Positions 36,421-48,379 of a DNA stretch of 64,000 bases are shown here, piece by piece. The stretch's first letter is position 1, and the number at the start of each line of letters is the position of its first letter. The stretch comes from Octopus vulgaris. Its lineage: Eukaryota. The notes under the pieces were generated by a model. That model was not told the origin of the DNA. It made no database searches and saw only the letters and a program-made list of their open reading frames with translations. The stretch covers positions 89,280,001 through 89,344,000 of the forward strand of contig OX597815.1 of the NCBI GenBank assembly GCA_951406725.2, given 5' to 3'. The position numbers and the translations under genes are program-made.

Positions 36421-39417
36421 GATTATGTGGGTGCAAATGGAAAATGTATAAAACAAAAATGGGTAAATAAGGAAAAAATAAGGAAAAGATCTCAAAAGGC
36501 CTTTCTCAAAAAGTGTACTCAAATAAGCAGCAAATATGTCATGCAGAGAGACGGCCATCACTCTCAGAACCGTATGAAGTTTTCAGTCCTTGTTATAAGC
36601 AAGGAATAAGAAAAGTTCGAACTGCACTAAGAAAGAAACGATGAATTTCTGACTGATAAGAGCGTCGACTACGTAGAATACGAAGCGATCAACTAGTTAT
36701 AAACATTAAACTATACACATAGCTATACTTTAGCTACCCGAAGAAGGTGAGCAGTGTCCTACACACTACTTCACTCGAGACGCTCACAGTCCCTTTCAAG
36801 CTAGTTCATTTTATTATATGTATTTAGAGTACATGAAAGCAGAAGTTAGTTCCGGGTTGTTAGATACTCTAACCCAGGTAACGACTTCTTTCTCGTGTGT
36901 TAGAGATTCTTTCTAATTGATTTGTATTTTACTTACATGTCTGTCAAAAAATAACGCATCTCATATTATACAATATGTTTATATCCTAATGTGTTATTCA
37001 TACTTCTTTTCGTGACACATTTCTGTATGCAGGGATAGGCGTCAGTGACAAGCTACATGATGTTTCTTCTTCTTCGCTGAAATTAGCTCTAATATATATT
37101 AGGGATAAGCATTAGTTAACCCAAAACTTTATAGGCAATAAATAATTCTAAATACGATTACTTATCTTTGGAGAGAAAACGATCGAACGATCAACTCAAT
37201 TGTAAGAATCCCATAAATATTACCTTCTCCGTCTGTTTCCTCTAGTCACCGCTTGTCCTCTTTCGGTCTGATCGTTTTCTTCTCGAGTGAAATCTCTAAT
37301 ATCTTTAAAGTGATACGTTTAAAATAATCTTTCGTCTTAATTTGAAATGACAGCTAAAGAGGACAACTCACTTTTAAGAAATCGATGAATTAAACAGTAA
37401 AGTGATGAAATCAATTCACTTGTCTGACGCCCTAAAATCTGGTACACCGGCACGGCTTCAGTTCAATTAGAGAAACCTGTAAAAAGAGAGAATATTAATT
37501 TAGTCGAAATGTGGCTACAAGCCACACATACCATCACTTCAATACTATTTGAGGAAACGGTTAATATCTACTGGAATTCAGAATGAAGATTCGCCTTCGA
37601 AAGGCTGACAGGCGCATGCGACCTGGAAAAAAAATTATTGCAAGGAATTTCATTTAGAACTCTACCAATTCCTCAAGAATCGTATTATAATGTAAACTTG
37701 GCATTTATTCTGTATACATTTTAATAACTTTTGGAATATTCAGCTTAAAATTTCAGTAAAATTAATTGATAATTATTGATTCTATATAAATCTAAAATAG
37801 TTTTGCTCTTTATTAACACAATGCCAAATGATATATTTAGAAGTGCATTATTTTTTTTTTTATTGATAGAGAGCTTAATGTATAGAATGTATGCATTAGT
37901 TTTATTTCCTATTGAATTAGTTGTGTGTCAGCAATTGAAATATTGAAATCATTCCTTTCTATAATTTTCAGTATATTGAAATAATGGCAAAAGATACAAC
38001 AAAATGAAATATATTTCATTATGTTTTCGTAAGGACAGAAAAAATACGCAAATCCTACACATATTAATGACGTCATGCAGCAACACTTTACCTTAGCCGT
38101 AATTAACGTTAATACTGAATGAAAATTTCTGCATGGAAAACATTTTTTAACGATCATTCTATAGCCCCGTCACACTGCTATTCTCCTTTCGCTATTATGA
38201 AATTGAAAATGATGTGCCGTTTTAAACTTTTCAAATGTAGTTTAAAACCAGGTGTTGTTTGCATTTTAATAATTAATTATTTGTATTGGTCAATCATAAT
38301 TTCTTTTTACAGATGGTTCGTTCGATTGAGAAAATACTACAGGCCATGACTGAATACAGTATGCAGTCTAAATGATTAGTTGCTAGGAGATCCAGAGTTG
38401 ATATGCTATCACAGGGACCTCGTTCTGACGTTGAAATACAATGGATATTGTCACATTATATTTGAGCATAAATTTACAATAATAATTAAATCACATGATT
38501 ATATGCTTGCACTGATACAATAGTTTCCATCTTAATGTGTTTAAATTTAATCCACAAGCATATTTAGATTTCTATGAAAACAAGTTTTTGAATAAAGCAA
38601 AAAGCTTATCTAGATGTCTGTTTATATCATGTAGGCTACAACAGTTTTGTACGAATATTGACCACACCCGATATATGTAGACACAAATGTATAGATACAA
38701 GCATACATACATACAAACACACACACATGCACACACACACACGCACAACTCTCTTTCTCTCTCTCTCACACACGCACACAAACACATATTAAGTAGGGTT
38801 AAGTTAATCAACGCGTTTATCTCCGGAACCACTCACACGGATATTAGCCATCTTAAATTTAAAAAGGGAGCATACCACTTGGTGATGTGAATTCGGTTAT
38901 CTGAGAAATAAACTTCCCAGTTCTTAAATTAACACGGAAGTGACTGAATATTTTGCAAGCATGTGCTGCCATAATGGGATTTTCAAGGTGAGTAAATGTG
39001 AAACGCTAAGCAGCTAGTCTAAACCTTTCAATTACACGTTTAGTTGGTCGGAACGGTTCTCCTAGAGTTTTTGTTACCTAGATTGCATTCACAAAGCTTC
39101 AGACGAGGCTATGGTAAACACACTGGTCAATTATGCATCTATACACATACGCACCCTCCCCATATATACGCACAAAAGCACACACACACACACATATATA
39201 CACATACAGACACGCATGCACGCACGCACACGCACACACACACGTACACGCACACACACGTACACGTACACACATGGTGATGAACGAAACTGAAGTTTTA
39301 GCTCATGGTTGACTCGAGTTCCAAGTCATTCTTGCTTTTAGATGTGAATTATTACAACTCGGTTCGGTGTATATCTATATTTATTGGTGTATATTTTTCA
39401 TTAACATGTGGCAAAAG

Positions 39418-39618
39418 TAAGGTGGCTAGTAGAAACGTTAGATCATCGGGTAAAATGCTTAGCCGCTTTACGTTCTGTGTTCAAATTCCGCCTAGGTCTA
39501 CTTTTCCTTTCATACTTCCGGGGGTTGATAAACTAAGTACCAGTTAAACACTAGGATCGATGAAGTCCCATTTCCCTTCCACGAAAATTGCTGGACTTGT
39601 CCCAAAATTTGAAACCAA
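39418..39618 (+). mobile_element. SINE family B
   Basis: agaaacgttag...aaatgcttagc...gttcaaattccgcctaggtc...ttgataaactaagtaccagtt...cttgtcccaaaatttgaaacc. Confidence 0.82.
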
Positions 39619-41294
39619 TATATGGCAGAAGTAACACAATGATTTGGGGGCAGAGAGTTTCGTGCGTTGCCGCATACTTATATTTTCAGTTCAACTTTTC
39701 CTGTTTGCATCACCAAACATATTTATTGGTGTAGGAATGGGCTCTTGCCTTCACCTTTGGTCTGCTTTACACGACTGTTCATTGGCTGTTATTTTCATAT
39801 CTCATCCTTCATAATATTTTGTGGTCTGGCATTTGTTGATGAAGAATTGTGTTTTGGATTTGTCTGGTGTTATATTTGTATTGTTTTATCTTTATTGCGT
39901 TGCATATTTCATTTCTCTGCTAATATAATAAAAAACTGTTGGCGTGTTATTTAATTAAGTTTGGGTTGGTATGTATCCTATTTTTAGAAACACTGAGGAC
40001 ATTTTTCTCTTTTCTGGTGGTAGTTTTTGTTTTGGTCAGTGCTATGGATGTTTTTGAGATGAGTTTGCTTGCGTGTGTAGTTTATTATATGTCTTGTAAT
40101 TTTGTTTTGCTAAACAACTTAAAAACAATTATTTACGGAAAACGTTTGAAGTGTCCAATAGCATTTCTTGAACGTGTAGAGTTTTTAAAAAACTCTCTTT
40201 GAATTTTATTTTTGGTCAAGTACGAAGGTTTTGAATGTTTCTTTATGACAAGTTTGGTGTAGCTTATTGAACTTGTCTCTTAAACTAATTAATTTTTCTT
40301 TGTTTATTTCAGTTGTGAGCAGGTGTTTTGTAACTTGAATTGTAATTGCGATTATTTGCGTGTGTATGTGTATGCGTTGTCGTCTAAGATTGGTTTTCTT
40401 ATATCTATTAACATATATTGTTCAGTGTGTTTATATGTGTGTTAGTATTTTGACCAAACGTTATTTTGAATTTATCAATGTATAAATGTCTCTGTGTTGT
40501 AGTGTACGTATAAGTTTGGCTGATTGTTTGTGCTTTGATTTTTGTGGCTGTCTGTTTCATCGTACGTATGTGCATGGGAATTTTGGGCCAGACGTTTGTA
40601 ATTTCTCTCTGTTTCTCTTCTTTAATATTTATTACCTTATGTACAGGTATGTGTGTGCGTTTGAGTGTATGTGTATACTTAGATGTATATGCGTCTTCAT
40701 GTGTATGTGTGTTTGTTTGTGTGTATGTGAGTGTGTGTGTGTGTATGTGTGTTTGTTTGTGTGTATGTGAGTGTGTGTGTGTATGTGTGTAAGAGAGAGA
40801 GAAGGAGAGAGGGAGAGATAGACAACATATAAATAAAATATAACTTAAGTATTTACAAAAGTATACTACTGTGAATTCAAGAATGAAAAGAGGAAAGTAA
40901 TGTCTGCCAATTTTTTTTTCGTTTTGTTGCAGCACTGATTTTTTTTTTTCAATTCTTATATTGCGATATCAGAGATTTCTTTAATTACCAAAAGTAAATT
41001 AAAGTAATTGTATACTATCCCTACTACAATTTATCCTTTAGTCATGGAAAAAAGGCATTTTCCACGATGCTTTACAGGGAGACTATTGTTATTGAGTGAG
41101 GTAATCTAAACGCGGAGAGCTGACTCGAATGCTCGTAAAAGTGAACGCTTTTGAAACGTCAGGATGTGTGGTTAAACCGGGGGTGGGGCGGGAAACTCTA
41201 TGGCTTAATTATGTTATGGAAAGATTGGAAATACAGAACAAAATGATTCATAACAAATAGTCCAAGGACTCACTCTGACGTTCTTTCAATTCAG

Positions 41295-41445
41295 CTAATA
41301 ACCTGTGTTAGATTAGTACGTTTTTATAAGCCACTAATGTAAGAACGATAAAACTGACTTGCAGGATTTGAACTAGGAGTGCAGATAGTTGGAACAAATA
41401 CAGCAAGATATTCTATCCGATGGACTAACGATTCTACCAAATCTC
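41295..41445 (-). mobile_element. SINE family B-like, highly diverged
   Basis: ggatttgaactagg...aaatacagcaag...ctaacgattctacca. Confidence 0.45.
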
Positions 41446-41914
41446 TGAAAAGAAGTATTAATATATAGTAAAAATAGCCTATTCATCGATAGCCTCTCAT
41501 CAACCCTTAATATTAAAATATCTCATCTACGATCTCATTGTAAAATTAAATATTTTCAGGGTTAGATTTTAGTTAAAATGTAGAATGATGTAGATTCACG
41601 TGAATCTATGCCTTTTCTGGGAACGTTGTCATCAAAAAGCAATATTACTTTTCTTTGTATTCTGTCGTGTCGCAGATTTCTCATGTAAGCTTTTGCTGTT
41701 CCATTGATGGAATTCATACATTTAATAGCGTATTCAGAAGGCTTACGACTGGAAATAGTATTCCGTTTCGAATGTGAAGAATAACGGATGCTATGAAAAT
41801 AATTATTGTACTTTCTTAAATCTAATGAATTTCTTTTTATTGTTTCAGTATATTAAATAGCATAACAGGAAATTATTCTTTGGAACAGGATTCATAAAAT
41901 AAATTATATATATA

Positions 41915-43413
41915 AACTAAATCAAAAAAGAAACTTCGCACTAAACAGAAACCGGTTTATTAACAGACTGCCAGAGCATTGATTGAAGAATACTAATTAA
42001 GAAACCGTTCTTTCCTAATGATAAAACGCCATTTCCTGAAACATGTTCGACGTCACATGGTGTCACGTGATGACGGATTGTCTAGGATCTAAAGAGAAAA
42101 ACTCAATATCTCATGTGACCACCATTAATGTTGATTACCACCAGGCATCTTCTGTACATTGAATGCACCAAACGATTTATGAAGGCCATGAGGATAGCAG
42201 CGCACACACTGTTTAAACTTGCAGTGAGTTGTGCTGCAGTTGTCGGCCTTGGACGATGTCATTTAGCCTTCTTTGGATTGGGGTTGGATTTCTACGGAGT
42301 TCAAATCTGGAGTTAGGGCCGGCTATGGCAGTGTTTAGATGTTGTGTAGTCGGGGGAAGTCTGTTGTCAAACTCGCAGTATGGACACGAGCGTTGTCGTG
42401 TTGGAACACGTGATTCCGATGACGGGCAAATTATGACACAATGCGAGCTTACAACACCTGGTCGATGTACTGAGCAGCGGTTACTCCAATGCCCCGATCT
42501 TGGCCGATGTTTAGGAAGATCACCGGTCCAAGTTTCTGGTTAAGTGCAATCCCGCCCCATACCATCATGTTCTGTCCTCCCCATGAGTCTAGTTCAACCA
42601 CACAGCCATCGACATGACGTTCACTCTTTCTTCTCCATACCCTAGCTCTGCCATCTGCCAGTATCGACTTTCTTCAGAGAAGATTACTGTCCTCCACCAA
42701 TGATATCGCCAGTTCTGATGTTTTGAGTCCACTGCAGATGTGCCTATATGTGACAATCTGTGAGGATGGGACCCCTAGCCGGACGTCAAGAAGACGGATT
42801 AAAAGATCTCAGCCAGCGGCGAACTGTGGTGAATCCCTATGGTCCGCTTAGCTAATTCTGTGGCCTTCCGAAACCGGTCCTGCAAGTACTGTCGGTGCAG
42901 GTGGAGATCTTAACGTGCCCTTGCAACCCTCAGCTGGCCACTGCGTGGATGATTTTTCCCTGTTGTTTGTGGCATTGTATCATACTCTCAGCCGTTCAAT
43001 TGTCCGAATACTGCAGTTTGAGTATTAACAATGACCCATGGACGTTGACCAGCATGAAAACGTCCGATGGTTTGCTCCCTCTGATTTGGTGCCAGTTTTG
43101 GCATGCTTGTTGTGTTCGGGAAACGAATGAGAGGCTGGTAAATTTGGGTGCCTTTTATACCCAATAAGTCAACGTTTTGAACGTGCATCATGCTTTTCAT
43201 AAAGATGGGTTCCCGAGCATCACCATGTTCGCGAAAAATGTGCGAGTTCGAACCCCGCATGCAATCATTAAGCTTTCAAAAGAGATTGGAGTTATGGGTT
43301 AGTGACATCTTCCTGATGTTGAATTATCTAGAAATGCGATAAAATCCGTATAATCTCGATTTTGTGTGTGAAACAAATAATCTTGTACAGTACGACGTTT
43401 CATTTGTAGTTCA

Positions 43414-43414
<1 letters not shown>
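41915..43414 (-). mobile_element. Tc1-like DD34E element with a pseudogenised transposase (ATG 43104 to stop ~42103)
   Basis: Imperfect TIRs (aactaaatcaaaaaagaaacttcgcact versus actgaactacaaatgaaacgtcgtact) in TA context; MPKLAPNQREQTIG, VIFSEES, MVWGGI, FQHDNARVH with 34 codons to the E of DLNSVE, and C-terminal GGHMRY*. Confidence 0.88.

Positions 43415-43458
<44 letters not shown>
43415..43458. repeat. (TA)n between the Tc1 end and the PLE 3' end
   Basis: Read directly. Confidence 0.97.
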
Positions 43459-43462
<4 letters not shown>

Positions 43463-43539
43463 AAATAGGATTAGCTCGTATACGTGTAGGTATATATTTG
43501 TAAAAAATGAAGTTCGAAAATGCTGCTATATTATACAAT

Positions 43540-43618
43540 TTTTTATTTTTATATATACATTATAACATGTTTCAGTTCCTGAAATGAACCTTATCAAAAA
43601 AAGTTATATATAAAAAAA
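43540..43618 (-). ncRNA. Candidate minimal type I hammerhead ribozyme (U3-A8 core variant)
   Basis: TTGATAA-GGTTC-atttcag-GAACT-GAAA-CATG-TT with palindromic ACATGT stem III, at the position where PLEs carry hammerheads; proximal stem I is imperfect. Confidence 0.6.
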
Positions 43619-43921
43619 GATAGTTCATGCTATCAAATATAAGAAATTCATTTATAATACACAATGGAGTCAGACATCATAAAGTTCATATATAGTTTGA
43701 AGTGAGTTCGTTCATGCTATATGTTTAAAGTGTATGATGCAGTGGTTCGTGGTGGTGATATGCATTCAATATAAAAAATAGATCAAAGTGGTGGAATGCA
43801 GTCAATATAAAAAATTGATGTTCCTGAAAGAGCGAGGAATTCATTTTTACCTTGAGCAACTGTGATGACTTATGGTGGGTGTTCGCTGGATGATTCTGGC
43901 GAATCTTGTGAATTGTTCGGG

Positions 43922-44315
43922 TTTTATAACACCTGTTAGGTGGTCAGTCCAGCGTAGCGTGACGTCATCAACGTTTTGACCAATCGTTTCGTTAGGTGGC
44001 TTAGTCAAGCAGAACGGGACGTCATCAACATTCTGACCAATCGTGACCTATCGCTGTATTATAACTGCCTCTTGTCTGTATCCTGTTTTGACCAATCGTT
44101 TCGTTAGGTGGCTTAGTCAAGCAGAACGGGACGTCATCAAAATTCTGACCAATCACGACTTATAGCTGTATTAGATCTGCCCCTTGTCTGTATCTTGTTA
44201 GGTGACTGGTCAAGCAGAAAAGGACGTCATCAATATTCTGACTAATCTCTGCCCCTTGTCTGTATCCTGTCCAGTCTAGCAGAACTAGACGTCATCAACG
44301 TGTTGACTAATCAGA
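43922..44315 (-). promoter_or_regulatory. PLE promoter candidate: 5x CRE-like + CCAAT module followed by TATAAAA
   Basis: GACGTCATCAA-N6-GAC(C/T)AATC on plus at 43961, 44018, 44130, 44223 and 44288; TATAAAA on minus at 43928-43922. Confidence 0.6.
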
Positions 44316-44502
44316 ATCGGGTCTGACCCTTAGCTGTATCGTATGTGGTCAGTCCATCAGGGTTAGATTTGTACGAAGAAATATTTTTATAAATTTTTTT
44401 CCCTTTTTTCCTAAGGCATATTTCCGTCAGTGCGAGTGACTGTTTAAGGTAGCGGCCGTGGTGGAATTTTGCTTCTCCTTTTCGGAGGACCTATCTTTTG
44501 TT

Positions 44503-45173
44503 TTAATATTCCTGGCCCAGGGTGTTTAAACTTGGTCTATATTTTTTTATGAAATACAGTTCTTTATTTTGGCGTTGCGTGAAGGTTGCGTTGTCACTGA
44601 ATTTATAGAGCGGGTTAGTTGTAAATTTCGGATTTACATTTCCAGCACATCTATCTATGTGTCCGCTGACCGGTATTTTCCGGTAATCAGGGTTTCTAAT
44701 TTGTGATTTATGCACCGCCATCCTGTTACGTAAGCTATTTGTTGTATGGCCTATATACTGCCTATTGCAGCCTGCGCATGTTATGACGTAAATTAAGTTT
44801 TCTGATGCGCAGGTGAAGTTTGTTCTAATGGTGAACTGGTGGCCTTGTTCCAGTATAAATTCTGATCCTTCTTTCAAGATGACACAGATTCCGCAGTTGG
44901 GCCTTCCACATTTTCTAACTGCTGGTTTTGTGGTTGATGTTGAGTGCAGTGTAGCTTGGGTTAAAATCCTTTTCAAGGATTTTGGTTGCCGTTTACTTTT
45001 AATGATGGTGTGTGTTTCGAGGATCCGGTTCATCTTTGGGTCTCCCTTTAGTAGGGCTGTGCTTTGTAGTATGGTGTTGAAGGCCTCATTGTTGAGTGGG
45101 TTGTGTGTAGAGATGTAGGGAAGGGTTTTTAATTGTCCTTTCTTTTTTGGTTTTGTTTGTCTCAGGTCTTCTA

Positions 45174-45176
<3 letters not shown>
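44503..45176 (-). CDS. PLE C-terminal ORF fragment: post-thumb linker + GIY-YIG endonuclease
   Basis: LPYISTHNP, KRQPKSLKRIL, CGRPNCGIC, FTCASENLIYVITCAGCNRQYIGHT, LRNRMAVH, RQNKELYFI...SLN; stop-free. The YI run at the track ORF start is microsatellite. Confidence 0.88.

Positions 45177-45210
<34 letters not shown>
45177..45210. repeat. (TA)n at the PLE 5' junction
   Basis: Read directly. Confidence 0.97.
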
Positions 45211-45213
<3 letters not shown>

Positions 45214-45407
45214 TTTACTCCACGCAAGGACTCATATGGAGACACGAGTCCACACATATAGAGATACACATCCATACATAAAAAGATGCTAGATAGTTGC
45301 AAAGCACAGACACACACACAGACATACGCTCACGCACACATACATACGTACATGCATGCATGCATAGTCACACACACTGACCTCCACACATGCGCACAAA
45401 CAAACAA

Positions 45408-45633
45408 AAAGGAACGCAGTGTAAATAACGGAGAGAGTCGAGACTACTGAAAAGGTTGCAAGACGCAACGAAGAGTTTACGAAAATAAAAATAAGAAACT
45501 AGTGGAAATTTTACCGGTGAGTGTGTTAAATCATGAGGCACAAAAAGAAAATGACTCTCCCCAGACCGCAGAATATGCTTCAACACACGAACACACATAA
45601 AGAATTTTGCAAGCCAAATCCCAAAATGAAGAA
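45408..45633 (+). repeat. Interspersed repeat X, copy 2
   Basis: Homologous to 10340-10535 in the opposite orientation. Confidence 0.8.
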
Positions 45634-45664
45634 TATGTATATGTGTGTGTGTGTGTGTGTGTGT

Positions 45665-45963
45665 GGAGGCGCAATGGCCCAGCGGACTCGCAGTCGTAGG
45701 ATCGCGGTTTCGAATCGCAGACCGGGCGTTGTGAGTGTTTATTGAGCGAAAACACCTAAAGCTCCACGAGGCTCTTGCAGGGGGTGGCGGCGGTCCCTGC
45801 TGTACTCTTTCGCCACAACTTTCTCTCACTCTTTCTTCTGTTGGCCTGCTCGCTTAGCCAGCGGGGTGGCGTCATTTGAAGGCTAAAACAATGCGAAGCG
45901 CATTGTGACCAGCGATGTGAGGCAACATCTGATAGCCTGGTCGGTCACGGTGATCATGGTGAT
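45665..45963 (+). mobile_element. SINE family C (tRNA-like head, GC-rich, CpGs retained)
   Basis: ggaggcgcaatggcccag...ggtttcgaatc (B-box-like), ending in a repeated ggtgat unit; flanked by (TG)n and (TA)n. Confidence 0.7.
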
Positions 45964-46066
45964 ATATATATATATATTTATATTTATATTTATATACATA
46001 TATATGTATATACATTTATATATATTATATTATATTTTTTACATATACAAGTATAGATACATGTAT

Positions 46067-46110
<44 letters not shown>

Positions 46111-46559
46111 TTTTTATTTAGCAATGATCTTTTTTTCTTTCATCCTCATCTCTATCCACTAAAGTGATAATTTGAGATGTATACAATATAGACTATGAAA
46201 AATAGCATTATATTATTGTTTTATTATATTACGGTAAGGGCGCATTCTTTTCGGCCAACGAAAGATTGCATTATTTATTTCTAATACGTATACATACAAA
46301 ATAATTTAGCTCATACATACATAAGGTTTTATCAAGTATTCTGTTTTCGTTGGAAGTCACTTGATCTCATCTATCGCATTAATTTCTTAAACGACCCTCT
46401 TCTACACGTCTTAAATTATTCAATTTCCTATCATACGAGATGAAAAATATAATCTACTCAACGCTAAAGCTACTATGTAAGATATTTAGAGTATTTTCAT
46501 CCATACATAAATATAGTAAAAACAGAAAGTATACTTTCTATGTGGCACATATGTTAATT

Positions 46560-46760
46560 ATGGCGATCTGATATAATAGTTATCGTGTCGGACAAAATGT
46601 TTAACGGCATCTCTTCCAGATTTCGTTGAATTAAAATGCCACTGAAGTTGGTTTTGCCTTTCAATTTCTTGGCCATCAAAAGAATACGTACCAGCTAAGA
46701 ATCGATCTAATAGGCTAGTATCTCCAAATGTCAGGCATTGTGCCTATAGTAGAAAGAATT
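46560..46760 (+). mobile_element. SINE family B, highly diverged
   Basis: tcggacaaaatgtttaacggcat...ttttgcctttca...gtaccag...ggcattgtgcctatagtagaaag. Confidence 0.65.
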
Positions 46761-47810
46761 ATATACACACTTAATACAAATATGAAATTACTACTTATTA
46801 AATTCATGAATATTTCTGAAGAATTGTATCTATATATAGGATTACTATAGAATTAACTGTTCTAGTTTACTTGTTACCATACAGTGACAAACCTAGCAGC
46901 CGGCATGTCTGAGTTTTATATCATAAAGGAAAACTGTACAGATATTTCCCTTTGTTGAAAGGATTGGAAAATCTGATAGTATAATCAACGTGGCAAGCGT
47001 TTGGTTATTGAAAGAAAGCACTCTAGTAGCAAAATGTATTGTTTAAATTGCTACAAATAATTTTGTTTTGTGCAATTCCAAATGGATTTGAATAAAAGTA
47101 CGCGCTTCACTTAGTTGTATTCTCCCGATACAATAGTTTCCTACACGAGTAGGAAACAACATTATCAATAATCTTTTACAGCTTAAAGTTTCATATAATA
47201 CAGTCTTGAAAACGGCATAGAAATATAAATAGACATTCAATTATATTGTCAATTATTTCATATAAGTGATTTTCAATCAATACTTTAATAAAGAAGATAT
47301 TTAAAGCGACATAAAGGAAAAGGAAACTGATTAGGCAAAACTAATGTAACTATTTAAATATTATTCTTTTAATCTTGGGAATCAAATTTCCTTCCCATGA
47401 AGTAAATATGTTATAAACTTCAATAATAGATACATTTTTCAACTTGACTGGTCGATTGTTTTGGAAAATTTGGTTTCCATATAACAATGGTAATTCTGTA
47501 AAAAAAATATTTTATAACTGAATCAGAATCTCTTACATCATACTTGAATTAAGCTTTCCTCGATGTCAATTGATGAAATTTACGAAGAGCGGATAATTAT
47601 TGTTTACAATGTCTTAAAATTTTCAATAATATTAATAAAATATGCTTTACACAACCATCTAATTTTAGTTGAATGAAATGTTAGGCATATGCTCGTATGG
47701 TTGTCATATATCAAATAGACTTTACTTTTCATATATTATAAGGGGTTTGGATCTTTTCCTGGACATAATGATTTGCTAAACAATAGCTTATATTACAAAG
47801 GACGTATTGC

Positions 47811-47811
<1 letters not shown>

Positions 47812-47888
<77 letters not shown>

Positions 47889-47955
47889 TGCATACATACA
47901 TGCATACATACATATATATATATATATAGATAGATATAGATATATGTATATATGC
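47812..47955. repeat. Long (TA)n microsatellite
   Basis: Read directly. Confidence 0.97.
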
Positions 47956-48379
47956 ATGCTTAGTACAAGCATACGTTCATACATACACACGCACCCACAG
48001 GAAAACTGACACACGTAAGCATATGTAATAACTGATATATGGGTTGGTTAGATGATTCTCCAATCATGCTTCACATCGCACGGAGCGAGTAAATATGTGT
48101 TAATATATGTGGTACAGGATAAGAGCACGCACTTTGCTTGGTGACAAACAATGATGAATAGAATGATATACAAGCTCGCACATAGTGAGGGAGAAAGTAT
48201 AAGAGCGACAGAAGGTAAGTAGTGGTAATAAATGGCAGAGTAATTGTAGGGGGTGTTATACAAATGAGAAATTTGATTTATTTAAATACAATTTAAGGCA
48301 ATGAATGTTTGTCTCATGAAACTTAGTAATCATTTCATTATTTTGGATAAACACCAAACATTTTTATTACAGTTAGTAT

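Larger units (their letters stand above)
43459..45176 (-). mobile_element. 5'-truncated Penelope-like element (Cys-rich linker, Neptune-like) inserted in (TA)n
   Basis: GIY-YIG ORF followed by ~1 kb of 3' region with a promoter-like array and a hammerhead-like motif; pure (TA)n on both sides. Confidence 0.88.

Noticed and set aside
38407-38430. TATCACAG miR-2-like seed
   Set aside because: Only a 3-nt loop and a poor stem; the 3' part is unlike miR-2.
43935-44315. Repeat-spacer appearance suggesting a CRISPR array
   Set aside because: Eukaryotic context, no cas genes, unequal unit lengths and mutually homologous 'spacers'; it is a tandem duplication inside a PLE.
45665-45725. tRNA-like sequence (also the SINE-A and SINE-B heads)
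   Set aside because: No complete cloverleaf; these continue into SINE bodies.
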